Source: Balanoglossus misakiensis
Taxonomy: Eukaryota; Animalia; Hemichordata
NCBI GenBank assembly: GCA_040954595.2
Contig: CM082587.2
Location: forward strand, 9,305,403 to 9,369,402
DNA length: 64,000 nucleotides
Reading direction: 5' to 3'
A model generated the notes under the pieces. The model made no database searches. It was not told the origin of the DNA and was given only the letters and a program-made list of their open reading frames with translations. How positions within the stretch are numbered: the first letter of the stretch is position 1; the number at the start of each line of letters is the position of its first letter. Both the position numbers and the translations under genes were made by a program. Positions 1-17,600 of this stretch are shown here, piece after piece.

Positions 1-231
1 TACCGCCTGGTCCTGCGATTTTAGCCACCTTGCAATGTGTCAGTTTGCTGCATATGATGTGCAGTTACTGCACTCACCTGGGTTTTTTGATAAGCAGGAA
101 AGCTAGGCAAGTGAACCAATAGCTCACCTTGGCTGAGTCTTCATCAATATATTTGTGTGCCAGTGCCTGCATTTTGTGGTAAACTTGTGTATGCATGTAA
201 CTCCATGATAACAGTTTGAATTTCCCTGTAG

Positions 232-4333
<4,102 letters not shown>

Positions 4334-7300
4334 TCTCTCCAGATAATTGCCTCTTGTCTTCTAAGCGTACGCACTTGTACATGTACAAAATAGAAGTTTT
4401 ACTAAATGCCTCCAGTTCCTGTCAACTTCCAAAATAAAGACTATCAAATTATATTATTTGGATACTTTTGCATTTACCGGAGACTGCGGTATATTAAAGT
4501 TTTTGTGCAATAACTTGGTTGTCAACAGACATAGTATGATATAGTTGCCATGTCTCTATGTCTTTTGTTTACCTTGTTGCTTTTTAGAGTTCAACCATAG
4601 ACCACATTGCTGGAAGGGACTGCCAACTTTGCTGATATCTTTGAAGTTGTGCCTGTTGTAATATATCAACCTTAGGATAATCTCCTGTGGGCAGAAGTAT
4701 ATGAATGCCTTCCATGTGTGTGGTAGTTGCCTGCCCTTCCTCAGCTGATGGTCTATGGTTCAACTCATGGTCTGCATCAATACACCAAATCCATTACATG
4801 TACCATGGAAATTCTGTATCATGTTTCCATTCATTTGAGTTAACTGAGCTGAAATTGACAGAGGAGATGTGTAGTATGTATTTTACAAACATTTGCCTTT
4901 CTACTCCACAAATGTCTCTCCTTGGATGCAAATGAAACAATTCTGTTCAGTGTTTGTCTATTGTTTTACATAATATACATGTAGCTGTCTGGTGCACTTT
5001 TTGTCTTCAAATCTGTGTACTTCAGTGGTGTCCCACGCCACTCTTATTGAGCTGGCTAGACTAACAATTGTTGTGAAATTTGGACACAGAAATTACGAAA
5101 AAACTGATACAGTCATAAGATTAAACCTTGAGATTTATGTTGAATGATTTCCTATTGACATATACTTCCAGGAAATATTCACGAAAAGCTTGATGTTAGT
5201 AGAATAATATTATGCACTGAGACCCATATTGAAAATCATCTTGTACCAAAAATGTGCATTGTTGCAGTTTTGTTCTAATGTTCCTTGAATTTAAATACCA
5301 TGGTCTAATTTTTCACACCTTGTCATACTGATTTCCCCATACGTGTTTCTTTAGAGTATGGGACACTAAAGTGATGACTGCCTGTCTGTCAGCTGCTGTT
5401 CAAACTTTGGAGTTCAGCAGTTTTGACTGTTACATGCCTGAACATGACATAAGTATAACATACTAAGACAAATTTATACATGTCAAATATTTGTCCATTA
5501 TTTTGTGATTTACTCCAATACAGTACCAGGTTAATGTTGTCCTAAACATCTTGATAGCCATTTGCAGAAATGCCGTGACTGATCTCATTCCACCATACAT
5601 TGTAATTACATGAGGAATATGTTTAATTGACAATGATTTGTTGACATGGCACAGAAATTTCCAGCAACAAAAACACAGAAATGTTTAGTCTATCGCATCT
5701 ACTATCACAGAGACACACATTTATCTGTGTGTTATAAATCAAGCTACCGAAATCGTACCTGCTTCTAAACCAATGTTTTAGACTGATACACTCTCACACT
5801 CCAGAGACCTGGGATTCTCACATGAGTTGGGTACATTTTTTCTCACACTCCTGGCTGCTAGGTGTGTTGCCTAAAGTCCTGGGATCAGATTTCTCACACA
5901 AGTTGGGGATATTTTGTCTCGCATGCGAGCTGCAGGCGAGTGTGAGACCAAATATCCTTTACAAATGTGTTAATCTTATCCCAGGCCCTTGTTGATGTGT
6001 GAGATTTCTATATCCCACTCAGTCAATTTCATATTCCCAAAGACCAGAGATGTGAGAATAATTGTGTCCCATTTCTAACCTCCAAGCTGCTACTCACCTA
6101 TAGAGCAGCAAAAAGGACCATATAGCTCAGTTTTGCATTAGGCCATGTAGTTCTCTAATGGGAGAAGAACCCCACCCCTGGCGTTGCTGTGTTCACACCT
6201 ACCGAATTACCATGACAGTACTACTGTAACCCATACTGTATTTACAGGGCATTACATATAAATGATATTTAAATATCATGGAGGTTATCAAAATAGGTTG
6301 ATTTGCCTGTGATGTTGATGTTGATATCTTAGCTTTCCTGTCGTTTAATCAGTGCTGTGAAAACTGGCATTAAAGCATTATGTAGTACATGTAGAAAGTC
6401 AATTATGTAATTTGAACATTAAAAAACAGTAGGACTATCATGTATTTGCAAGGCTCTCAGTGTACCAATCAATCAATTTAGCTGTGATTATGGATATTGT
6501 CTTATTTATTGCAGTCATTCTTTGAGACAATTGAAAATGTAAAGTTTGACTTAAAGCGCGCCATGACCATGTGTTTCCATATAAATTATCTTAATAGAGC
6601 CACTTCATTCAGTGGCAATATCATACACACCTTTGATATCATCAGTTATATTCTGATGAACATTCAAATTGACTTTTGTAACCGTAGCAGTGCAATTCCT
6701 GCAAGTATATGTACAGAGGCTAATAATAATTATAAACAGGTAGAGGTAGATGAAGAGATGGAAAGTTGCAAGTCTAGGAAAACTGGACCAACTCCATACT
6801 TTCCAGCAACAATTGAACAATGTTTATATTTGAGGGCTTAGCAGTCAGAAAAGAATTCAGTGTAGCTTTAATACGGCATAGGTGAGTCTTTCAGATGTCA
6901 CCCTGTAACGAATAGTTTCAGGATGGGTCAAATGAAATTGCAAAGTTTGTTTTGTCACAGCTCTTATGCTTTTATGGAACCTAATGGCATCAGAGTGTTA
7001 TTTCAGGAAAACTTATGCACTGTCAATATCATAGGCAATCGAAAATTATATGCACGAGCTGTATATATGTATTACAGAATCTGTTGCCTTATGCTTTGAT
7101 TTGTACCAGTAAATGTGATGTTCTCTGTAGTTTACAACTCTGTATTGCTGATAAGAGCATACCATTGAGTACTGGCAATTCTGTCCTCTCTACAAGAAGG
7201 CTAGGTATTTATTACGTTGCAACTTTGTCATTTTAGATAACGGAGTACTTGAAATAGTTGTTCACATATTTGTGTGTTAATGAATATTGGAAAATGTTGT

Positions 7301-7851
7301 ACATTTTTAATAGTGTCTTTACTTTCACTCTGTGTTTTAATAATGTAGTTTGCCCCCCCCCCCCCCAAACAGGAGAAAAATAATTTATCATTGGCGACCT
7401 TGACAGTTTTTGTGACAGCTTTGTTAACTTATTTATTGCAGTGTGAATTTCATCCTTTTCATAAGTTTCTTTCTGTCGAGTTTGTATACATCTTTCTATC
7501 ACACATATATCCTGCGAGTCCCTTTGAACTTTCTACACAAAAAACTCACTCATATCCATCACACACTTGCTTTATTTTTCTCCATGAAGCCATGTCACCA
7601 TGAATTTATACTCTTTGGCTGTACGTTATGATTTTTGCCGTAAGACTTTTTTTTACAACAAATTAATGTAATTATGTTATGAAAAGCAACGTTTACATAT
7701 GGTAATGTATATCAACTTATTATAAACTTGTTGTCTCTTTAGTGATTTTTGGGTCCAAGACCTGTTGTGGCCATACTAGGTGTGTCTGTCTGTTTTGACC
7801 ATCTACCTGTCTGTCCAGAATTTGCTTCAGTAATGTCTGTGTTTCTGTTAA

Positions 7852-8240
7852 GGATGTACGCACAGAACATAAACCGGAAAATTACGCGTACTCGTCTTTT
7901 TCCTATAAGATTACATTGATAATCGCTAGAAACCAAACTTCTACTATTGCCATTTTCACGAAATTTCACACAAAGCTCAGTCCAGCAAATATAAATTCAT
8001 TAGTCAATAAAATCATGTGGTCACCAAGCTCTATTTTGAGATAAATTGCGTCAAAAATTTTGCCCATAGACAAACCATTGGTGAAAAATGCTGAGTCAGC
8101 AGTTTCCTTTTATTATCAACTAAATTCATGGCTCTGTATTTCAAAAACAAGCGCAGTGACCCTATATTTTATCACGGATTTTCATTATACATACACAGGA
8201 TAATCCAAAAATCAACAATTAAAAGAAATGACATTACTTT
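7852..8240 (+). mobile_element. Non-autonomous TTAA-flanked DNA element, same family as 54781-55199 (a partial inverted copy lies at ~38020-38310)
   Basis: Starts TTAA|GGATGTACGCACAGAAC and aligns by eye over ~390 bp with the 54781 copy. Confidence 0.7.
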
Positions 8241-9789
8241 CAATGTACCCAGGTAAGTGTTATCAGGATTCACAAGGTGGTACATCAGTGAAGCCATGTT
8301 AGTGGAAAGCATTTATACCAGAGTCCTAAATGTATAGGACAGGTACATATACATTTGGGCATGAAATGTCTGTATCTGTTTGAGGCATGGCTATCATAAT
8401 GGCACAATAAGTGACGTAGGAATATCAATACAATATCTCACGAACCAATACACCCTTTTCATCAGTCTAGCGCCCTCACACAGCCTTCACGAATATGGAT
8501 TTTTGTTACACACAAAATCTTTGCATGATCGTTACATTATGGTAAGAAGTTGCCCGCGAAAACAAGTGTCACAATTTCATGCATTCCTCGGCATAAGATT
8601 GATACTATCAGCTCCCCCTTCATTAAGATAAATAGATTTTTGGTAAATTGAAAATTGGGAAAACGGAAATAGTGCATTATTGTTGGAAATGACGTTCGTC
8701 GGAGGGAAATTTGAATGGCCGCAAAGTGCCATCCTCACAGCCAATACCAATTTCCTATTTGTCAATCTCAGACGAAAGATTTGCAATTAGAAAATAGGTG
8801 TAAAATTTAATAATTAATTAAGATGAAGAAACAATTTGAAAATTGACATTTAGCCCTTTTTTTTTTAATTTTATTTTTTGAAGATGCAAATCGGTTTATT
8901 GGTTGGCCGAAATGTGCCACGGATTAATATAGCGTTATCATCAGGTAGGAACACACAAAAATAAATCAAAAAGTGAGCGGTTCGGACGTTAGGAGAAGTT
9001 AATTGCGTCATATTTGGAGTCAGTTAGGAGGTAGAAGTAGACAGGGAAAGGATATTTGCTTCAATAAAATCGAATTTCAGCCGAAAAAGCTGCGGTCCGG
9101 ATCCGGACACACCAGTTTTGTCTATGGCGCCTTGCAGGGCTGTGGTGGAGGACGCGTGTAACGCCGGAAACACACAGGAACACACAGACCTGTACGCAGA
9201 GCTAACACCGGAGCCTGCAGCACCGGCGAAAAGTCGTATCTGGGCCGGTGTAGCACCGGTGAAAACGTTTCAGTGAGAACGCCTATGTTCAGCATAAACT
9301 CCGCTATTGCTATGCCCATCTAAATTGCGTGGATCTGTATATTAGGGTCTGATCATAAGTTGAACAATCATTTTGTGTTGATTTGTTTAGATGTAAGTGC
9401 TTGTATGAATATAGACTAGCCCACTAGTCGCTTGGTGATTTTTAAATCTCAATACTTTTTGTGTTTTCGGTGGTTTTTTGTCTTAATAAATAATTTCAAT
9501 ACTTTTTTGCATGCATGCTTGCCTTAAGCGTGTTTTTGGTAGTGAGGCGAGTTTCGAATTTGCGACTGAGCTTGTGGTTTCGGGTAGCGTCGACCAAGCC
9601 AACACGTTCCCTACACAGCCCATAGACTTGGAGCAAGTCTAGTATGAATATAGTAATAGTATTATACTCTAAAACGGGAAATTTTCGTGACTGATTAACT
9701 TTTGCGAACTACGCGAGACGCATTTGCAACAAAACGCGAAAATAGCTGAAGATTTTTTTTTCGGAGGAAATTAAACGATGCGTACTGTT

Positions 9790-10743
9790 CATGTACATTT
9801 ATTCAAATGTTCATGTCTACGTTTTGTCGCGTAGAATATGTATCTGCTGAGATTAAGAACAGTTTATACTTTCTCTGGGGAAAGAAGTAATGAACATTTA
9901 TACAGAACAGCGGGATTGTGATTCTCAAATCGGAGTTCTTTAGGACAACCAACTAGCAAAAAATGGAATTCGTCTTCGACAAATCAAAGGACACTGGTCA
10001 CACAGCCTTCACGGCGTGGATTATCTAAAAAGTGAGCGGAGACTCTAAATTTGTGCAGAGCTAAAGCTGAAGACAGGTTTCTTAATCTGTACAAACATGG
10101 TTCTACACGGAGTTCTTTTTCAAAAGTTGGCCAAATAGGTTTTTAACCTTCCAATTCAGTTTTTTTTAATTGTAAAGTGGCTAAAAACGATAAATCAGTA
10201 TCTTAGACGATCTCCCGATTCTGCGTCAAACGAGATTAATCTCTTTATGTGTCAGTGGGGTATAGGCCTAGGCCCGAACATAGCGTGAGCGCTCGTTTGA
10301 CGCAAAATCGGGAGATCGTCTAAGATACTGATTTATCGTTTTTAGCCACTTTACAATTAAAAAAACTGAAATAGCATCTTTACAAGCGCCTGTGATATTG
10401 TCCATCCATGACTGAAAATTATCTAAAACATATATAGGCATATAGCTTAATTTCGGACACCTTGGTTTTCCAATACTATTTACCAGACCTTAACTCTGTA
10501 GCAAACAACGTACATTTTTTTCGCCCAAAAATTATAACGCGTAACTTTACATATTACAAAGCTGAAATTCATAGCAAACAATTCTAGGCCCCCGGTATAT
10601 CCATTTTCATACCTTGCCAATATTTGATGATTCTACTACCCAAGGTAACTCTGCCCAATTCGCCTCTCATGGCTGGGCTGTAACTGAAGTATTTGTTATA
10701 CAGTTTTAAAGCAAAACGCATCATTTTGTTGTGAAGCTTTTCA
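9790..10743 (-). mobile_element. Degenerate 3' fragment of the same LINE family as 25822-28697, interrupted by a palindromic MITE
   Basis: Colinear similarity to ~25980-26760, e.g. AGAATATGTATCTGCTGAGATTA, AAAAAATGGAATTCGTCTTCGAC, GGTTCTACACGGAGTTCTTTT, ACGCATCATTTTGTTGTGAAGCTT, with many indels. Confidence 0.85.
10155..10370. mobile_element. Foldback MITE with ~80-bp near-perfect inverted arms
   Basis: 10155-10234 and 10292-10370 are reverse complements (TTCAGTTTTTTTTAATTGTAAAGTGGCTAAAAACGATAAATCAGTATCTTAGACGATCTCCCGATT...). Confidence 0.85.
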
Positions 10744-10866
10744 GTGGAGGCCGTACAACGCCGGAAACAGACAGACCTGTACGCAGGGCTACAATAGACT
10801 CAATCTGATTAAAATCAGACGTAGGGAAAGGCGACGTGGTTTTTTTTTATGCTGTCCGCCCCAGCA

Positions 10867-11034
<168 letters not shown>

Positions 11035-11318
11035 CCACGTCGCTTTTCCCTACAATAGACTCGGCCGAGCCGCGCGGCCGCCCCGTACCCGGGTCATGGG
11101 TGGCAATAAAAAACTCCCAATTAATAATTTAAGAGTGATTTGCTCGTGCTATTCGTTTGGTCCAATTTAAATTTTATGAACGTATTAACCCGCTAAAGTT
11201 TGGCACTTGAGCATTCCCGTACAAACCGCCCTTCCCCAACAACACGAAGTAGACAGGGAATTAAGTGCATGGTAGCCTGGGCCACCACACATGGACCCGC
11301 AGCCAGGTACGAGCCTGA

Positions 11319-11330
11319 AATCACGTGATT
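11319..11330. promoter_or_regulatory. Palindromic E-box AATCACGTGATT upstream of the GBE1 ATG
   Basis: Perfect 12-bp palindrome with a TCACGTGA core in a CpG-richer stretch ~280 bp before the ATG. Function is inferred only. Confidence 0.35.
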
Positions 11331-11604
11331 CTTAAGGTCACTGACTTCCAGCCTCAGTGAGTTCGCATGTACGGTCTGCGTGATTTGTGCACGATCTAAC
11401 TGAGCGAGCGAGCGTGCCCTGTGATCTTAGTAAGCAAAACCTCTGTCGTATGCTTGAGAGGTCAGTAATTTCCGGCATTTGATAGTTCGAAAGGATCATA
11501 CAGTTAAGGCGCTGTCGAAAAATAGACTTGACCTCACCGTGAACCCAAAGCCATCACGCATCAGCTGCAGCGTGCGCATCCGTTTGACTGGAAAAAATCG
11601 GAAT

Positions 11605-14600
11605 ATGGCCGAGGCAGTACAGGGATGGTTCGTCGATCCTAACCAAGTAACAGTTCCAGATCTGGACAGGCTTTTCGACTTAGATCCTTATCTCAAACCA
11701 CACGAAGCGGAAATCAAACGGAGGTATTTAATTTCATTCACGAGTGTAACTGTGAGGTAGCTGTATTTATATTAGTGTAGTGCACGCATGTTCGCCATTT
11801 TAGTACGTACAGTGATGACGTTGTCGCGATTAAAGGTCGTGCACTCCCGTCCGTCATCGACTATACAGCTACACTGACAGGGGGACTGTGGGCTACAATT
11901 GCACATGATACAGAGTTGCAGTTGCTTTTGTCTTAGCTAATGTTTAAGGTGATGATTGGAAGTTAAAGGACAGTGAAAGAGGCCGGTGGGACTTTGGTGG
12001 ATGCACAGGCACCTGCACCGTAATTGACACGCTGTCAACTACTGTGGGGTGATGTTGGTCATGGGCATAAAATATCTGTCATGTCTGTTACGTATGCTAA
12101 TAAAAATATAGTTACATAATAACACATGCTAGCGTGGGCAATATCATGATTTTAGCCTTCACAGGAGATGGTGCTCTCAGACTCTGACCATAATATTGAT
12201 GATGCCCGAGCCATGATCAGGGTACCATCAACATAATGGTCATAGAGCACCAGCCCGAGGGCAGGCTAAAAATCATGACGTTGCGCGAGATGCATGTGTT
12301 ATTTATTTTATTACACCGAACATTTGATACATACAGCATAAAACGTATTTAGTGTTGCGTGCAGGGTTATTGCATGCAGTGAAGGTCTCGATCTCCAGAG
12401 AACTGTAGGTGTAGGCATAATTTGAACTATGCTGTGCTGTTGGTTGCAAATTTGGTGTGTTTACTACCGGTATCCATTTGCAGGTTAAGTCAACATGTTG
12501 CTCTTTGAAGCCTAGATGCGGGAGATACGCGTCCGAACGACAACTTTTCATGTGCAGAAAAGATGCGCAGAACCTTAAAACGGTTCCCAGCGGGCTATAT
12601 CAATGGGCCATATCTCCTACCTACAGGCTATAGACTCTGGTATTTATACACAGACCCACCAAAAATTATTTACACACCCACATTCTGCAGTGAAAATGTT
12701 TCAGAAACATGAAATACCACACCTTGTAGACGGCTTTTAGCAAATATTCAAATATATTTAAGCAATAACCCCCGCCGCAGGCGGGTATACACGAGATTTG
12801 GGTACAATTCGAGACATATAGCACGAGCCGTCAGGCGAGTGCTATATGGAGCGAATTGTACCCAAATCGAGTGTATACCCGACTGAGGCGGGGGTTATTG
12901 CTATTATATTATATCAACAGTTGTTTTTGTGGCAAATCAGTGTCATTTTCTTACCGAAACGGCGTCAGAAAGAGAAATTACGATCGTGAACCAACATGGC
13001 GACGGTGAATGTAAACACGTGCGGTCCGGGATCGAGCATTAAACATAAAGCAGACGCCAAAAAGTGACAAAAGTGCAAAATATTCAGAGCAGAGCAGTTC
13101 CAAAATAAAACATCCGTAAATTCAAGTGTTTTTATGCTATTCATTTGGTTTAATCCCGCGCGACTGTGGTATAACTGCACATTTTCCCTGCTGCATGCTA
13201 GTTCAGGGGCCCGTTTTACCACTGCCAGCAGTGGTAAAACAGTATTTTACCATAGCTCTCGTCCAATCAGAATCGCGGACGGTAGCATGATATAATATAA
13301 TTAACGTTTTGACCCTGAGCTCCCCAGGGTAACGTGATCTATATCCTGAACTCCCTAGTCTGACATCATATTTGTATGCCCTTATGTATTTTTTTAGATG
13401 TGTAAACATGAATAAATGAAAAATAAATGATAAAAACTGGCTTTGCTGCCCTCACACGATCAGCAATTTGTCCTGTTGACAATAATTTCCCAAAGTTCAT
13501 GTATCTCTATTCTGTGCAGCTCTGGTACATCCCCTGCCACGCCCCCTGCCACACCCACGTACCCTACCACAGCCCCCTCTGCCACGCCCTCTGCCGACTG
13601 GTCCTGGCTCTAAATTATCAGAAATTCCCCTTTCGAAGTCGGCTGTCTGGACTACAAACATATATTTAAAAGTAAAAATATATTTCTGAACAGTTGAGAG
13701 AAATAAAATTTACCTCCTAGAGATCACTGCAACTCGACTATACTAAAATGGCGATGCAACATGTACAGTAGTTAGTGACTCTTGGCAATGTGTGAGTTGT
13801 TGTCTTGTCACACCAAGAGACAGGTATTGCTGGTTGATGTGAAAATTTTAGTGAACAGCAATACTTAAAGTCTGACATGTCTGAGCTCTGACAGTGTCTA
13901 TTGCTGCAAATTTTCTTCTTAGATATGGTTGTGTTAATGAAATTCTGAAGAAAATAGAAGAAAATGAGGGTGGTCTTGAGAAGTTCACAAGAAGCTACGA
14001 GCATTATGGAATGCATCAGAGACCGGATGGTAGTGTATTTTGTAAGGAGTGGGTTCCAGCTGCCCAAGATGTCTACCTCAAAGGACCATTCAGTAAGTCA
14101 CCCTGAGGATGCTTTTGCTGTGTTTGTATATACTACAGAAAACAGTTCAGACAGAACTTTCTTGATTGATAATCACTCTTAGTGCCCATTTTTTTCCTGT
14201 GTTACAAAAGAATGAAAGCTGAAATCTCAAACTCAACAAGGGTGATAATTTCATTGATAGTTATGGTGTACAAACCATTCGATTTACAATTGTTATACCA
14301 CTCTTTGCCTCGTGCCCATTGTTGTTCAAACCTTGCTTCTTTTTTACCATAACCGGTCGTCTCGTCATGACCATGTGATATTCTTTTGTTTCTTTCCTTG
14401 TTAAAAACTATCAGGTTAACTAGCAAATCTGACACTTTTTTTGTTAGAAACAGTACAATTTACTAGTAAGCCCACAATTTTATTTTTCGAAACTGTCGGT
14501 TTAATCATCTGCGTGGTCCCTCAATGACGACTTGGCCATGATCAAAGTTTGGGTGAACTTTGACTTTTACATGAAAACTTTGTCTACACTGGTCCTGGAT

Positions 14601-17600
14601 AAAAAAGCGCAAAATGATAATACGATGAGAATCGAACCCAGGACCTCCACTACAAGAGGTCTCTTTGTCTGAAACTCCACAAGGGAGTTTCTGCTGACTC
14701 CTCTTCACAGATGCTATTCGAGTATTCAAAATCTATGTAAAGGCAGAAGTGACATTGGACACCCAGACTGAAGAGAAATCCTCAATTTTGACGTAGTGAT
14801 AACACGCCAAAACTTGGCAAATTTGTGGTATAACGCAGTAAACGGACTCACACTCGGAGGTTTACGGAATGAAACCGTACCATAAACCTCCTAAGTGCTC
14901 ATCCATTTACTCTTAATAACTCAAATTATGATTAGGTCATATCTGCTTGCCAATGTCACCTGTTATTTTCATTCTGGTGACTTGTATACCTATTTCTGTG
15001 TAATCCCCAAATGGAAGCACAGTGTCTTTGATGCTATGTTTATTTTATTCTATTCAAATATATATTAGCATAAATTGTACAAAAAATACGAGTCACACTG
15101 CAAAATAATTTTCATATATGAAAAAAATTAGTGGGCATGAATTTGCGTGACCTCCCTTCATTCATGGTAAAATGGGAGATTTAACAATCTGTTATTTGGA
15201 AATTTTTTAATGGTTTTGGAATGTTTTCATCATTTTAGATAACTGGGAACATAACAGGCATCCATTTATAAAGACAGAATTTGGAAATTGGGAATTGGTA
15301 ATACCAGCAAACCCAGATGGTTCCTGCCCTATTGCACACGACACAATTATTAAGGTTAGTTTTTGGTCCCTATTTGCCACATTGTTTACAAGTGTCTTTG
15401 CCATCGCCTTGATTTCCAATCGAAATCTCTTTCATAAGCGCATTTTCTCACATTGTCTACTGTGTTGGTTCGAAAAACAACAACATTTGCACGACAGCCA
15501 AATTTGCAGTTTTTTTCTGAACACACAAGAAGTCTGACAATTCCCTCTCCAATCCAGGTAGTGGACATTTCATATTTGCACATGGGTCTACTGGTACGTT
15601 TGATGTAAAGCTTCTCCTCAGAATCAGCTGAGTCCGATATGCGAATTACTTCATGGCGGTGTCTGAAAACTAGAAAGTCCTATAGCGGCCAATTTTTCCT
15701 TTATCGTTCATCAAGGACGTCCGGAAAAGCTACTGCAAAACACTTTGTTTCTGCGAGTTGAAAATTCCGCGATATCGAGAGAGGCCACTGTTTCGCGAGC
15801 ATTAATTTTCGTGTTCTCTTATTTCATTCACTGCATCGTTATCTTCAAAAAAATTTTACGCGACTTTTTATTTTCACGCTATTTTGGTTCTCGCGTATTT
15901 GGCGAAAATTAATTGCTCGAAAAAAATAAAGTGTTTTACAGTATATAAAAATAAGGTAATTCACAAAATACTGGGATTTATGTCTTCATACATCATACAT
16001 GTATGCTTCAGTATTGTCCTCAACGCTGTGCGTCTTGGACAATACCTTCGCTGTATGATGTACTCAGACATAAATACTGGTATTTTGTGAATAACCTTAT
16101 ATTATCAAATCAATGCTAAGCCGAATTTCACAGTGTGCAGTGCATTTTAGTCTAAAATAACATTTAAAGTTTCTCATTAAAAATTGTTTTTTATTACAGT
16201 TGGTAATACGAACCCAAAGTGGAGAATTGGTGGACAGAATATCACCATGGTCACCATATTGTGTTCAAGATGAAACAACCAAGGTGTATGCAGCACATTT
16301 CTGGAATCCAACAGAAAATCAGAAGCATAGGTTTAGATTTGAGAAGCCCAAAATAGATGGCAGTTTACGAATCTATGAATGTCATGTTGGAATTTCTTCA
16401 TGGGAGGGTAAAGTTGCCAGTTATACTTATTTTAAAGATGAGGTCCTTCCAAGAATCAAAAAACAAGGTAAAGTCCATATGCATTTTATTGTTACATTGT
16501 AGCTGACTGACATTCATTCCTTTTAGTTTTACATTATATCAACACTGGATGAAAATTACATGAGTTCTTGGTCGACCCCATATCTGCATAAAATTGTCAA
16601 CATTCTTGTTGGAGAACATTTCAGCTATGTACTTCAGTGTTTCCTTCTCATTTCATTACCCACCATTGCACATTTAGATTTCAAATTGGACATCAAATCC
16701 AGTGCATGAGCATAACATATCAGGCACCCTCTTCAAATCAATCACAGAATGCTGTCTTCAAACTGATAAGATAAACATATGAATGGATATGTAAAGTTTG
16801 CACAAGTATGACTCTCACAGAAAATTCTATTTGACAATTACCGACCAATTCATTATACATTTTCAGGTTATAACTGTATACAGTTAATGGCTGTAATGGA
16901 ACATGCATTCTATGCAAGTTTTGGTTACCAGGTAACCAGTTTTTTTGGAGCATCAAGGTACGTAAATGGTTCCATCAATGAAACACTTGCATGTTTAAAC
17001 TTAAAGTAAGAGTATGATGTATAATTTAAAGGAAGGCAAACATCTGAACTGCATTTGTCCCTTTTTTCTGTTTTAAGCACATCTCTGGCATTGTTCCCAA
17101 AGTTCAAGCAAACCCACTCACTAGTACATGTTCTATCAAAGTAAATGTGGCAATGTGATGAAAAGTTACAACACATTGTTTGCAATGATGTATATTGCTA
17201 GAAACCTGATAAGTGAACTAAAGTGCCACCGATGTGTTCAAACTTATCCGCCATGTTTGAGCATGTGACTTTTATCAGGTTTTTAGTGGAAGCAGGTCAC
17301 TTTGGCGGAAAATTTGGGCATCAGAGGTGTTTATTTTGGAGATTCCACAGAAAGTTGATTGTGCATTTACACATAAGGCCTTGTAGCGGAAGGGGGCGAA
17401 CACACCAACAACCTAGCAGCACTCGCTACAATCATTGCAGCTAGTTGAGTACATGTACATGTACTATGTACTAACTACACAGAATAAATTGCGGTAACTT
17501 ACTGTACTGTGCAAAGAATAGTGTGTCTGCATGATCACGAAAAATTCAAAAATAGTGATGCCAGTAGCTAAAGTTAATTTTGCAGTGGAAAGTTTTGTCT

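Noticed and set aside
4334-9000. Assorted 60-114 aa ORFs between ARHGAP39 and GBE1 (likewise 29346-32376)
   Set aside because: No recognisable domains or consistent splice structure; probably UTR or intergenic DNA with repeat debris.
11479-11604. N-terminal extension of GBE1 suggested by the ORF track
   Set aside because: It starts at a TTG (prokaryotic-style call); the first in-frame ATG with good context is at 11605.
14600-14700. tRNA gene
   Set aside because: Only a T-arm/B-box-like motif is visible, with no acceptor stem or cloverleaf; kept as a possible SINE.
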